Shown: positions 54,201 to 62,771 of the stretch, in pieces
How the letters are laid out: every line of letters begins with the position of its first letter
Position numbering within the stretch: the stretch's first letter is position 1
NCBI RefSeq assembly: GCF_001194135.2
Contig: NC_068982.1
Coordinates: 92,499,818 to 92,563,817, forward strand
Length of the DNA: 64,000 nucleotides
Source of the DNA: Octopus bimaculoides
Taxonomy: Eukaryota
Direction: 5' to 3'
Notes under the pieces: generated by a model
The model's input: only the letters and a program-made list of their open reading frames with translations
What the model was told of the DNA's origin: nothing
Databases searched by the model: none
Program-made: the position numbers and the translations under genes

Positions 54201-55617
54201 CAAATTGAACAATATAGTCAGAAAGTGTCAAAATTGCAATGACATTTGGTTGACAACTGATGAGAGATTGAGCTTATCTGTATCGTGTATTTTTACATGT
54301 CCCCATATATTCCTTTGTCATCCCCGTGTGACACATTTTTCATTGCAACATATAGTTATGGTCAAGATCAACTAAAGCTTTGTGAGTGACATTGGGTATA
54401 CAGAAACTGTGTGGGAAAGACCGTCTTTCTTAATACCATTCTTCTTTTTAGGTTGCAGACTTAATCCCTTGCCAGGTTTAATACCATCACCTGACTCATA
54501 GGTCCCAACCTTTAGAGAAGTTATCCTGTTGCAAATATTCAGATCAGGTCTGAGAATAACTTCCTTTCTTCCGCCCTTTCTCCCACTCTTCTCAAGGGTT
54601 TTGATAAAGGTCATAGCTATTGATCATCCTCCTCTAATTAAGTCATAGAAATAAGAAGGAAAACAAACAACAAATATAATTCACAAATACCTTCTGTTTG
54701 AATGTGAATCCTTCATTGTCTTTATAAGAACTGAAATCTTCAACTATCCAGTCAAAAGAGTCTTCATTGGTGTTTGCAATGAAATTAGTTGTTTCAAATA
54801 AAGAGTTCACTTGAACTAGAAAGTTGAGTAAAAAAAAAACAAAGGATGGTATTAATGTGAAAATATATGTAATGCAGCATTAGTACCACTAATGACTTAT
54901 CTGCTATACATGGATGACTTCAAACTGTGTGCCAAAAATGAAAATGATCTTGATTTTCATGTTCAGACAGTAAAGATGCATAGTAAGGATGTTGATATGC
55001 ATTTATAGTGAATAAGCATGTAATATTGATTATGAAGACAGGTCAAAGGATTAAGACAGATAGGACAAAGATACGATAAGATGATACCATCAGATCTTGG
55101 AAAGAGAATGAGTGAGTATCACAGGGTCATAAATAAATCTGGTTGTGATTGAGAGATGGAAACCTTGGAAAGAGAATCTATATCACTGATTATAACCATT
55201 CAGGAATAAGTCATAAGAATGGATTTGAAAAGACAAAAATCAATGAGACTCAGTCAGACACCAAATACAGAATGTGTGGAAAAGTATTTACGATCTGCTC
55301 AGAAAATACAGAAATCTAGCATAAAAAGAGTATAAATGCAAGCAAGATTCATTTGGTAAAATTGGAATGTTAGTTGAGTTTGTGATTTTGAAGTGATGGT
55401 AAAGTAGTATGAACATGTTTTGAAACATGTAAGATGCAAAGTAGTAGAAGAAGGATAAAGGAAGAAGCTTACTAAGAGAAAGAGGAGGTGAAGAAAGAAA
55501 TAGATGTAAAAGAGGATGTAGTCAAGAGATAGTAAGATATGAGAGGGTTAATAGAGAAGGAAGAAAAGATGGAGAAGAAAGTAGAAGAAGATGGAAGAAT
55601 AAAAAAGGAAATGAATT

Positions 55618-55683
<66 letters not shown>

Positions 55684-57547
55684 GTTTAACGTCTGCTTTC
55701 CATGCTAGCATGGGTTGGACGATTTAACTGAGGACTGGTGAACCAGGTGGCTACACCAGGCTCCAATCTGATCTGGCAATGTTTCTACAGCTGGATGCCC
55801 TTCCTAACGCCAACCACTCTGAGAGTGTAGTGGGTGCTTTTACGTGCTACTGGCATGAAGGCCAGTCAAGCGGTACTGGCAATGGCCACGCTCGAAATGG
55901 TGTATTTTACGTGCTACCTGGACAGGAGCCAGTCCAGCGGCACTGGCAACGATCTCGCTTGCAATGAAATTAAGGGAGAAAGAAAGAAAAGAAGAATCTA
56001 AAAGAAGTTGAAAAAGGAGGAGGAAGAGAAGAAGGAGGAGGAAGAGAAGAAGGAGGGGGAGAAGAAGGAGGAGAAGGAAAAGAAGTAGAAGGAGGAGAAG
56101 GAAAAGAAGTAGAAGGAGGAGAAGGAAAAGAAGTAGAAGGAGGAGAAGGAAAAGAAGTAGAAGGAGGAGAAGAAACAGCAGCATCAGCAGCAACAGCATT
56201 AATGAAGTTTAAAGAAACAGATTCTGACAGCAGAAGAGATGGAATGAGAAACTGTAATAATTACATTTTCCAGCCATCTTTGGGTGTCGTTCAATTTGTA
56301 GCAGAGGGGCTGGACCACATTCTTTAAGGATCTTTACCACTTGTTCATGAGTCATGTTTCTAGAAAGACACACATTTATAACTAGACTATATAGATTGTA
56401 TAATAGTTTGTATTGTAGTGAATAAATTAATAATGCAGTAAATAAATGATGTAGAGTACACTATTTGTCTTAACTGGTGACCTTTTTCTCATGATTCGAG
56501 TTTCATATCACTTTGATCTTCAGGAGAGAACTGTTTTCTTTCAGATTTTTGTGCCCATGGGAATGGGTTTGTTCTTTTATGTTTGACTAATCATTTCCAT
56601 TGGTGATTTTTAATATTGTTTTATGTTTTCATGTTTCACTATTCTCTTTTGGAGAACCTTGTATCAGAATTTAAGAACAACATCGCTGGCGTTGTTGAGT
56701 GGTAAGAAGCTTGCTTCTCAACCGCATGGTTCCTGGTTCAGTCCAATTGTGTGGCACCTTGGGCAAGTGTCTTCTACTATAGTCACGGGCCAACTAAGGC
56801 CTTGTGAATGGATTTGGTAGATGGAAACTGAAAGAAGCCTGTTGTGTATATGTGTGTGTGTGTGTGTGCATGTGTGTTTGTGTCTGTATTTGTCCTTCCA
56901 TCACTTGACAACCAGTGTTGGTGTGTTTATATCCTAGTAACTTAGCGGTATGGCTAAAGAGACCAATAGATTAAGAACCAGGCTTTAAAATAAGTCCTGG
57001 GGTTGATTTGTTCAACTAAAACCCTTTAAGGTAGTGCTCCAGCATGGCCACAGTCAAATGACTGAAGCAAGTAAAAGAGTAAGATAACTAATTATGCAGA
57101 GCTGTTATAATTCCCATCAGTAACAAATGTTTCTATTGTCTCAATCTATAGCTTTACTTCATTTCTGTAACCACTTTAATAAATACAGATTTATTTGTGT
57201 CAATGTGAACCTCTCCGTGGTCATTAGACCCAGTGAAAATAGCAAGACAAATTGAATGATCATCATTGTTGTTGTTGTCATAGTTGTGATCATTGTCATC
57301 ATCAACATTGTTGTCATCATTGTTGTCATTTAATGTCCACTTTTCAAAGCTTGCATAGATCAGACAAAATTTGTTGAGGAAGATTTTCTATGACCAAATA
57401 CCTTTGCTGTCACCAATCCTGACCTAATTCCTTGCAAGATAATACTTCCTATGGCCAGACATGTTTTTCATGGTAGACTGGAAATGAAAAACTTTGTTGA
57501 CGATGCTCATTCACATCCATCATATGATGTCAAGACAATGATACACA

Positions 57548-57635
<88 letters not shown>

Positions 57636-57866
57636 GATTTTGTTTTAGCTTCTGTCTACCAAATCCATTTATATGCCCAAGGTGCTGCACAATGGGACAG
57701 AACCCAAGAACACATGGTTAGGAAACAGGCTTCCTAACCTCACAGTCAAGCCTGCACCTGTGTACTTCTAAATATATTATGCCTGAAAGTAAGCTAAGTT
57801 TCCTCTTACAGGTCTAAGCTTGGGCACCTCAATGATGACACCGCCGCCGCCGCCGCCGCCACCACC

Positions 57867-57898
<32 letters not shown>

Positions 57899-60097
57899 CA
57901 GCAATAACAACAACAGACACTGACAATGACAACAACAGCAATGCATATTCTCATTGTGGAGGTGTGTGGCTTAGTGGTTACAGTGTTGGTCTCATGATTG
58001 TAAGACTGTGGTTTCAGTTCCTGGACTGGGTGATGCATTGTGTTCTTGTGCAAAATGCTTCATTTTGCATTGCTCCAGTCCACTCAGCTGACAAGAATAA
58101 GTAATCCTGCGATGGACTGGTGTCCCATCAAGGTGGGGAATATATACACCATGAAACTAAGAGACCAGCCCTTATATGTCAGTATCACTTGAAAAGGTAA
58201 TTTTACCTTACCTTACCTTATATACTCTCATATCTTACTTTACTCACCTTGTATCAATGTCATTAATCTCCATAATAAAGTCTCCAGGTAAAATGCCAGC
58301 AGTTTCAGCTGGTCCTCCAGGGTCCAACCATTCTACATGAACTGGCCCACTCCCTTTTATCACAAATCCTAGTGGGTTGTTTGCACAAGTTATTCGTAAG
58401 TTTCTGTCAGGAAGAGAAAGATAACATTTTATGACATCAAATGTTACAAAAAGTAACTCTTTATTTAACACAATATGACACAATACCTGTAGTCTTTTGT
58501 GGACTATAATAAAAGAAAGCAGTCCTCAGTCAAACCGTCTTACCCATGCTAGCATGGAAAGCGGACGTTAAACGATGATGATGATATATATGTACATACA
58601 TATATATATTGTGGCATTGTTTTACAGCTGGGTATCATTCTCCTTACTCATCCTTAACTACTTTTGCATGTAAGGGATCTCTTATTTCACATGTCTTTTT
58701 AAAGTATGAAGCCATCTGATGATTTGTTAACAGAAGCGACATCTACAACACTTGTATCTTGGAATTTTTGTTGAGTGCAAAAGGCCTGAGCCCAAAACCA
58801 TGTGGTTGGGAAACAAACTTCTCAGCAATCAAACAGTCATGTTTGCACCTCTGAAAGATATATAATAAAATGAAATAAAAAGACCAAAGCCTAGAATGTC
58901 AGTGGATATGTGACAGACGTGTAAAAAAAAGGTTTACTAAAAGAAATAGATTCTTTTATCTTACAGTACTTACAAGCTGATGTGTTTTTTACTTGGGGAG
59001 TACATTTGGTGGGAGCAGTTACAGTAAAGATGTTTTTTTTTCATTAATGGTTCAAATATTTCATGCTGTTCAGTTGGAATGAATGGCCTGAAAGAAAATT
59101 GATCAATAAATAAAGTGATCTTCCAACCTTTTATTTTTTAAAAATAAATATAACAAAAGAAGTGATGAATTTTGTACAATGTTCTTATGCTATTTCTGTA
59201 TTGACCTATGGATTTGTCTCATATTTATAATAGACTAATATTGGAAATATCTTTAATAAATATTAAAAAATAAATAAGCTAAAATGGGATTAAATATCCA
59301 GTGAAAAATCTAAAATAATATTAGTTTGGGCTAAGGTGGTAAGCTGGCAGAATTGTCAGCGTTCTGAGCAAAAAGCTTTGTGACATTTTGTTCAACTTTT
59401 TGCATTCTGAGTTCAAATTCCACCAAGGTTGACTTTGCCTTTCATACTTTTGGAGTCAATGAAATAAATACCAGCTGAACACTGGGGCTGATGTGATCAA
59501 CTAAACCCTTCTCTTGAAAATGTGCCAAAATTTGAAACCAATATTAGTTGGGGATTAATATTTCTTTCATCAATAAATATGGGAATTAATTCTGAATGTT
59601 TTCCCCTATTAAGGGATTACTAATGAAGGCATGTGGCCTAGTAGTTAAGGTGTTAAGCTCATAATCATAAGATTGTGGTTTCGATTCCCAGACTAGGTAG
59701 TGTATTGTGTTCCTGAGCAAACCACTTCATTTCAAGTTGTTCTTTGATCACTTCACTGTCTGACTTGTGGCATACTGTGTACCTGTACAGGCAATGTTAG
59801 TTTGATGGCAGGAGTGAGCTAATGTACAGCACAGACATTTTATCTTTGTAAAGAAACCTGTGCTTGCTGTTCAGTAAAATGTTGTGGAATCCTGATCTGT
59901 CATTTACAACAGGAAAGTCCACCACTACTACCAGTGAAAATAACATTTTGTCAAACCTGGCTTGTAAATCATTAAGTAAATATTCAGAAATGTTCTCTCC
60001 CATCACCCAATCTCCTTTATAGCACTTTCTTTTCCTCTCATCACACTGCTCAGGCGGTTTTCTTTTCAATATTATTACCAACAACAATTATGTATCT

Positions 60098-60128
<31 letters not shown>

Positions 60129-60870
60129 TTTCCATTACTAATCCCTCTATAACCATCTTGCTCCTATTTCCTCTATTAACCTTATTTCTGTCATCTGTGT
60201 GACCTTGAATGAATGGAGATAATGTAGGGGGTAGAGAAGACTCTTTAGTTTTGCCAGGGACAAGGTAACATCTCTAGTGCTCTTGGTCCCATGATTCTGA
60301 TAAAGTACACTTAGTGCAGTCTATAAAGTGGTTGGCAATAAAAGAACTTCCAACCATAGAAACTATGCCAAGAATGGCACATACAAGTAAGACATAGTTT
60401 CTGGGCTGTTTAATATGGCAGTAATTCCAAAGATCTGACTGGCACTATGAAGACCCATCCAGCCAATATCAGGAAGGAAAAACAAGTGCAAAACAATGAT
60501 GCTTAGTTGAGGTCGACATAAAAGTGTCTCAAACTGGATGTTTAAAAGGAATTTTATCTGGGGATACAAACTTTCAAGTACTCTTTCCTTTTGTGGATAC
60601 TGGTCTCCAGTTTAAAAAAAGGAAATTGAATTGAAGACAGTCCAATGATTGTAATCAGTGAAAAAAAAAGTGGGGTGGAAGAATGAACAAATGAAAGAAT
60701 AAAGAAATTACCAAATGTATTTCAAGAACTTCCGTTCCTGAGGTTTCTTCAGCTTACTGTCCAATGTGATGCACAACTTAAAAATATCCCCATCTCCAGA
60801 GTAATCCTTTAGAATGCTTGCTAACTCCAGCTTTTTTTTCATGTCATCATCAAAATATTTGCTCAACTGA

Positions 60871-60937
<67 letters not shown>

Positions 60938-62771
60938 GTAATAATAAAGCAAACCTCGAGAGAGCCAAACAATGGTATGAACACAAGCCAGAGGGAGTAA
61001 TGGAAAACAAACATTATAAAATACTCTGGGATTTTAACATACAGAGTGACCAAGTCATAGAGGCAAGACGACCAGATATCGTGATCATCCATAAAGATGA
61101 AAAAGAAGCAAAGGTGAAATGTAAGGAAATAGAAAAGAGTGAGAAATATCAGTCACTGTGGGATGAGATAGAGAAGTTATGGGGCATGAGGAAAGTAATG
61201 GTGACACCGGTGATAATTGGAGCATTAGGAGCAGTTTCCAAGGGCTTTGAAAAATATATTAAGAATATTGGAGCTGCTGTCAGGCTTGAAGTGATCCAGA
61301 AGACAGCCTTGTTGGGTACAGCTTGCACTTTAAGGAGAGTATTGTCTCTTTTTTGAATCACAGGAGAAGGCACCAACTGAAACCTTTGGTGATTTGTTAT
61401 TGTCTACTTTCAAGTAAAGAACAACTGGTAATTAAGAACTAACCAAGAACTTTTAATAATATTAATGATGACGACAAAGATGACAATGACAACGATGACG
61501 ACAACGACGACGACGATGACGACGACGACGATGACGACGACGACGATGACGACGACGACGATGACGATGACGACGATGACACGATGACAATGATGACGAC
61601 GGCGATCAGAAATAGAGTTGAAATTGTAGATTGGACCAAAAGTGACATACAGAAACTTGACATACAGGGGTCCTGGATGAACAGACAAAATTTTGCATTT
61701 ATTAATATAGATATGAGTAAAGCATGTAAAAGCTTTCCTTTGACTCACCGGTTGGTAACTAGTTTTATTCCTATATTAGTTTTGTTTTCATTTGAGTTTC
61801 AACTCCTGTTAGGGTTGTAGGGTTGATGTAATAACAGTTGTTTGGCCATTCTATACCTTCTGACTTCAGTGAGTTTGATGCATTTGATGTTTTCTTTGAA
61901 CAACTGCAGGGAAAGCAGGGAAGGGTCCAGAGGGATGATAGATTAAGTATAGTGGTTTGGTGGGGCTTGGATATTCACACATACGTACACGCATATGTAT
62001 GTATGTATGTATTAAAGGCCTGTGATATGCAGGACACTGACTGGGAGAACAATGCCTGTCATCGCCACGGATGGAGGAAGCAGGTTAAGGAGGGGATCGA
62101 CACTTTTGAGAGAGCACGTATCCAGCATGAAGAACTTAAGCGAGCTGCGCGAAAGCACACGGCTCGTATAGTGAANNNNNNNNNNGAGCACGTATCCAGC
62201 ATGAAGAACTTAAGCGAGCTGCGCGAAAGCACACGGCTCGTATAGTGAATGTGGAAAGCTTGGTCTGCAATGTTTGCAGTCGTGTATGCTTGTCAAGAGC
62301 AGCGCTCATTAGCCACCAACGGAGCTGCAAATGCAAAATATAAGTTAGTCCTAGAGCGCACAATGTTCATGAAAGTCGGCAATGGTCTTCCTCGGTCACA
62401 AGTGGACGGCCATCACATGTATGTATGTATGTATGTATGTATGTATGTATGTATGTATGTATGTATGTATGTATGTATGTATAACTGTATAATTGTAAAA
62501 TAAAAATTGAGTTAATTTCTTTAATAAATACATAAATACAGAATTAAGAATGAGACAGATTTGAAATTTTGAAATGTGAATTTTTTTACCTTAGAAAATA
62601 GTTTTACTGAAGATTTTATTTGTGGGCCTTGCAATAAAGGTTGATGTTCTTCACCTCGTTCACCAGTTGGAATCACCGATAGAGTCACATGATCATTTTC
62701 AGTAATAAGCTCCCAAGTGTTGCCCTTAATTTTTGTCAAAGGCTTATTGTTCACAGCCACAATAATGTCAC
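13741..62771 (-). CDS. GRID2IP: Delphilin-like formin gene (PDZ, harmonin-N-like, FH1, FH2), 5' end outside the window; span of the exons listed individually
   Basis: About two dozen GT-AG exons join in frame with matching phases except across the N gap. Motifs: PDZ (PLGFVIKGSGPVHVEWLDPGGPAETAGILPGD), HN-like (LDTPSKKSLW, LNTPAKQTVW), FH2 (KRLHWQKI, ILAIGNFLN, GFRINFL, TKDIENKTSLLH, FFGE...FGIFAEFL). Domain order matches vertebrate delphilin as recalled. Confidence 0.85.
14130..14500 (+). mobile_element. Tc1/mariner-superfamily transposase remnant
   Basis: GRP.V.QQDSAPCHTSRKS..W motif (second catalytic Asp region). Confidence 0.65.
15150..15420 (-). mobile_element. RTE-type LINE 3' fragment
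   Basis: Degenerate RRL-x-x-YGHVMR...G-x-GR-x-RKTW motif. Confidence 0.65.
15480..16420. promoter_or_regulatory. CpG-retaining segment with clustered promoter-type motifs (alternatively a transposon remnant)
   Basis: AAATGGCGG (YY1-like) 15635-15643; ATTTGCAT octamer 16239-16246; AGCCAATCAG (NF-Y) around 16249-16258; ACTACA-ggg-CCCAG (partial ZNF143/Staf-like) 16308-16321; many CpGs in an otherwise CpG-poor window. Confidence 0.4.
17779..17872 (+). tRNA. tRNA-Met(CAT): Elongator tRNA-Met (anticodon CAT) with a 21-nt intron (17816-17836) at the canonical 37/38 position
   Basis: Acceptor stem GCCTCGG/CCGGGGC plus discriminator A; D arm; TCAGT-CTCATA^A-TCTGA anticodon arm; T arm GTGAG-TTCGATC-CTCAC. 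The spliced 73-mer is nearly the same as the remembered eukaryotic elongator tRNA-Met. Confidence 0.95.
17875..17880 (+). terminator. Pol III terminator (T6) of the tRNA gene
   Basis: TTTTTT begins 3 nt after the discriminator base. Confidence 0.85.
18110..18480 (-). repeat. Second copy of the same dispersed retroposon
   Basis: Direct alignment with 7500-7760. Confidence 0.85.
19580..20505 (+). mobile_element. Mariner-type DNA transposon remnant (deleted, disrupted)
   Basis: HTH region (FG.D.M.KTQ...G..SVESE..SG.P), then PYSPDLAP.DF..FPKLK..LKG.RF. Confidence 0.8.
19626..19755. repeat. 21-bp minisatellite, 6 perfect copies
   Basis: AAGGTCAGTTGTAGACTTTAT x6 plus AAGG. Confidence 0.95.
21465..21632 (-). 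CDS. GRID2IP: Delphilin-like FH2 C-terminal exon (IFLSKS...LEFFGEND...FGIFAEFLNKYE)
   Basis: Acceptor cattcaaag (weak), donor GAG|gtaaga; FFGE and FxxFxxF motifs. Confidence 0.88.
23398..23466 (-). CDS. GRID2IP: Delphilin-like FH2 exon (KTTELMENIEQNDSKDPIQDIMN)
   Basis: Acceptor ttttttcttctttactgcag, donor AAT|gtatcc. Confidence 0.8.
24232..24284 (-). CDS. GRID2IP: Delphilin-like FH2 exon (VSNADIYSELKEIKTSWQ)
   Basis: Acceptor tatttttctattacag, donor CAG|gtaatt; phase 1 to 0 and the expected length. Confidence 0.8.
26977..27103 (-). CDS. GRID2IP: Delphilin-like FH2 exon (IDDTKDIENKTSLLHSL...)
   Basis: Acceptor tttctttctttgtag, donor G|gtaaga; TK...LLH motif. Confidence 0.92.
28735..28821 (-). 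CDS. GRID2IP: Delphilin-like FH2 exon (MILAIGNFLNEG...AAGFRINFLTQ)
   Basis: Acceptor tttctctcttcag, donor CAG|gtaaac; GN(Y/F)(M/L)N formin signature. Confidence 0.93.
30307..30375 (-). CDS. GRID2IP: Delphilin-like FH2 exon (IIHNIMTASVQLRKSNLLVNVLQ)
   Basis: Acceptor gtttcatttgtag, donor CAG|gtaagc. Confidence 0.88.
30851..30937 (-). CDS. GRID2IP: Delphilin-like FH2 exon (LMKIPSYEDRLKVLLFRADF...)
   Basis: Acceptor ttttctgtatttcag, donor TCG|gtgaat; phase 0 to 0. Confidence 0.9.
32122..32718. other. Assembly gap (597 N) interrupting an FH2 exon
   Basis: N run; other gaps lie near 2563-3046, 3564-3852, 13243-13393, 18800-19180, 24854-24948, most flanked by microsatellites. Confidence 1.
32719..32767 (-). 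CDS. GRID2IP: Delphilin-like FH2 exon, truncated by an assembly gap (SILLGHLKLPSSSIKA...)
   Basis: Acceptor atatttctttcag; the frame runs into Ns at 32718. Confidence 0.8.
33340..33405 (-). CDS. GRID2IP: Delphilin-like FH2 exon (KKKIVSILDSRKSYNI)
   Basis: Acceptor gtttctttttttag, donor T|gtaagt; ILD-x-x-K-x-x-N formin motif. Confidence 0.88.
33659..33737 (-). CDS. GRID2IP: Delphilin-like FH2 exon (VNKSDSDDIIPLLNLEKRFALK)
   Basis: Acceptor ccttttttag, donor G|gtaata; phase 0 to 1. Confidence 0.8.
34264..34394 (-). CDS. GRID2IP: Delphilin-like exon: short FH1 (PPVPPPLP) and start of FH2 (KRLHWQKI...TIWYK)
   Basis: Acceptor tatatatttcag; donor AAG|gttagc gives the phase 0 needed by the next exon. 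Confidence 0.88.
35704..36465 (-). CDS. GRID2IP: Delphilin-like large linker exon with an internal 144-bp tandem duplication
   Basis: Acceptor ttttttccatctttag, donor G|gtatgt; phase 1 to 1; 762 nt open. Confidence 0.82.
38289..38464 (+). repeat. 5' LTR
   Basis: Aligns without gaps to 42536-42711. Confidence 0.95.
38522..38532 (+). other. Primer-binding site complementary to the tRNA-Ser(GCU) 3' end
   Basis: TGGCGACGAGG is the reverse complement of CCTCGTCG+CCA; a degenerate second copy TGGAGATGAGGAT starts at 38466. Confidence 0.75.
38550..42114 (+). pseudogene. Disrupted gag-pol of the Gypsy element
   Basis: ATG 38550, early TGA; fragments 38803-39240 (gag), 39463-40053 (PR), 40079-40613 (RT, YLDE in place of YxDD), 40699-42114 (RH-IN). 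Confidence 0.9.
42536..42711 (+). repeat. 3' LTR
   Basis: Preceded by the polypurine tract, followed by the TSD. Confidence 0.95.
44306..44747. repeat. Compound microsatellite (ATG)n-(GAG/GAA)n-(ATA)n-(ATC)n
   Basis: Read directly from the sequence. Confidence 0.95.
44908..45544 (-). CDS. GRID2IP: Delphilin-like large linker exon (Ser/Lys/Pro-rich)
   Basis: Acceptor tatatttcag, donor G|gttagt; 212 open codons plus 1 nt. Confidence 0.8.
45880..46200 (+). mobile_element. RTE-type LINE 3' fragment
   Basis: Degenerate ERRL...FGHV...GKPRK motif. Confidence 0.6.
46687..46736 (-). CDS. GRID2IP: Delphilin-like small exon (GAAFPPISAVNYNEENT)
   Basis: Acceptor tttgtcttctctag, donor ACT|gtaagt; phase 1 to 0 bridges its neighbours. 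Confidence 0.7.
47181..47323 (-). CDS. GRID2IP: Delphilin-like exon: second half of the third HN-like domain (TFGSIINIEHILNTPAKQTVW...)
   Basis: Acceptor ccttctttttcag, donor G|gtaagt; phase 2 to 1. Confidence 0.85.
48279..48363 (-). CDS. GRID2IP: Delphilin-like exon: first half of a third HN-like domain (NRSLMEHHLST...LDVYAVN)
   Basis: Acceptor tttatattttag, donor AA|gtaatt; phase 1 to 2. Confidence 0.75.
49024..49632 (-). mobile_element. Penelope-like element fragment: GIY-YIG endonuclease ORF bounded by a 27-bp inverted repeat
   Basis: C..C.VC...C..RNVVY.I.C...C...YIGET...R/W..EH and EA..I...P.LN motifs; perfect inverted repeat 49038-49064 / 49606-49632. Confidence 0.85.
49892..50040 (-). 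CDS. GRID2IP: Delphilin-like exon: second half of HN2 (NIIRLLTYLRLILDTPSKKSLW...)
   Basis: Acceptor ttttttttaatcag, donor A|gtatgt; phase 2 to 1; LDTP-x-K-x-x-LW motif. Confidence 0.85.
50825..52650 (-). mobile_element. RTE-type LINE fragment (end of AP endonuclease, RT, Cys/His finger), disrupted
   Basis: IDFIL APE motif; FVDLEKAFDRVPR, GVHQGSVLSPFLF and YPDD RT motifs; frameshifts. Confidence 0.9.
52806..52876 (-). CDS. GRID2IP: Delphilin-like exon: first half of HN2 (MEYLLTSLERK...)
   Basis: Acceptor ctacattttcag, donor AG|gtaatg; phase 0 to 2. Confidence 0.75.
54691..54815 (-). CDS. GRID2IP: Delphilin-like exon: linker into HN2 (...SFDWIVEDF...FTFKQK)
   Basis: Acceptor caactttctag, donor AAG|gtattt; phase 1 to 0. 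Confidence 0.8.
54880..55340 (+). mobile_element. Degenerate Dong/R4-type RT and zinc-knuckle remnant
   Basis: LLYMDD(F)KL.AKNE RT motif and a C-R-x-C-G-like remnant. Confidence 0.55.
55618..55960 (-). repeat. Third copy, with an expanded (CAT)n tail
   Basis: Direct alignment with 7484-7760; (CAT) run at about 55618-55683. Confidence 0.85.
56063..56170. repeat. 24-bp purine-rich minisatellite, about 4 copies
   Basis: AGAAGGAGGAGAAGGAAAAGAAGT repeated. Confidence 0.9.
56265..56359 (-). CDS. GRID2IP: Delphilin-like exon: PDZ2 C-terminal helix (NMTHEQVVKILKECG...)
   Basis: Acceptor gtctttctag, donor T|gtaatt; phase 2 to 1; THEQVV PDZ helix motif. Confidence 0.9.
56690..57085 (+). mobile_element. 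tRNA-derived SINE of a second family, with internal (TG)n
   Basis: Shares head and body with about 2160-2320, 21170-21290 and the inverted copy at 57640-57760; the tail matches 19195-19300 and 33080-33200. Confidence 0.75.
58248..58403 (-). CDS. GRID2IP: Delphilin-like exon: PDZ2 core
   Basis: Acceptor ctttctcttcctgacag, donor AG|gtgagt; PLGF loop, GGPAETAGILPGDFIMEIN. Confidence 0.92.
58974..59087 (-). CDS. GRID2IP: Delphilin-like exon: end of HN1 and linker (PFIPTEQHEIFEPLM...)
   Basis: Acceptor attttctttcag, donor TT|gtaagt; phase 2 to 2; completes the Trp codon of the previous exon. Confidence 0.8.
59330..59540 (+). mobile_element. tRNA-derived SINE of a third family
   Basis: GAGTTCAAATTCC B box plus TTGCCTTTCAT body; related pieces at about 8440-8540, 16690-16830 (minus), 49750-49840 (minus). 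Confidence 0.65.
60712..60866 (-). CDS. GRID2IP: Delphilin-like exon: harmonin-N-like domain 1 (LSKYFDDDMKKK...FLKYIW)
   Basis: Acceptor (tta)n-tttcag, donor TG|gtaatt; phase 0 to 2. Confidence 0.8.
60948..61452 (+). mobile_element. Dong/R4-type non-LTR element 3' fragment (restriction-like endonuclease domain) next to (TAA)n
   Basis: KILWDFNIQSD...RRPDIV...EKYQSL...PVIIGALG...KTALLGTA motif set; TAA repeats on the left and TAATAA at the right end. Confidence 0.85.
61985..62480 (+). mobile_element. RTE-BovB-like LINE 3' end with C-terminal C2H2-like finger and (ATGT)n tail
   Basis: WE...R..WR..V..G...FE and C-x2-C-x-R-x-C-x-S...H motifs, followed by (GTAT)n. Confidence 0.6.
62590..62771 (-). 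CDS. GRID2IP: Delphilin-like exon: C-terminal half of PDZ1 and linker (GDIIVAVNNKPL...VKLFSK)
   Basis: Acceptor tttttcctgtttttag, donor AAG|gtaaaa; phase 1 to 0; GD-I-x-x-V-N PDZ motif. Confidence 0.85.

Noticed and set aside
59797-60087. ORF containing LQARFDKML, reminiscent of an HN-domain end
   Set aside because: No pyrimidine tract or phase-2 acceptor; 58974-59087 fills this position
62110-62248. About 63-bp direct repeat around a 10-N gap
   Set aside because: Same scaffolding artefact
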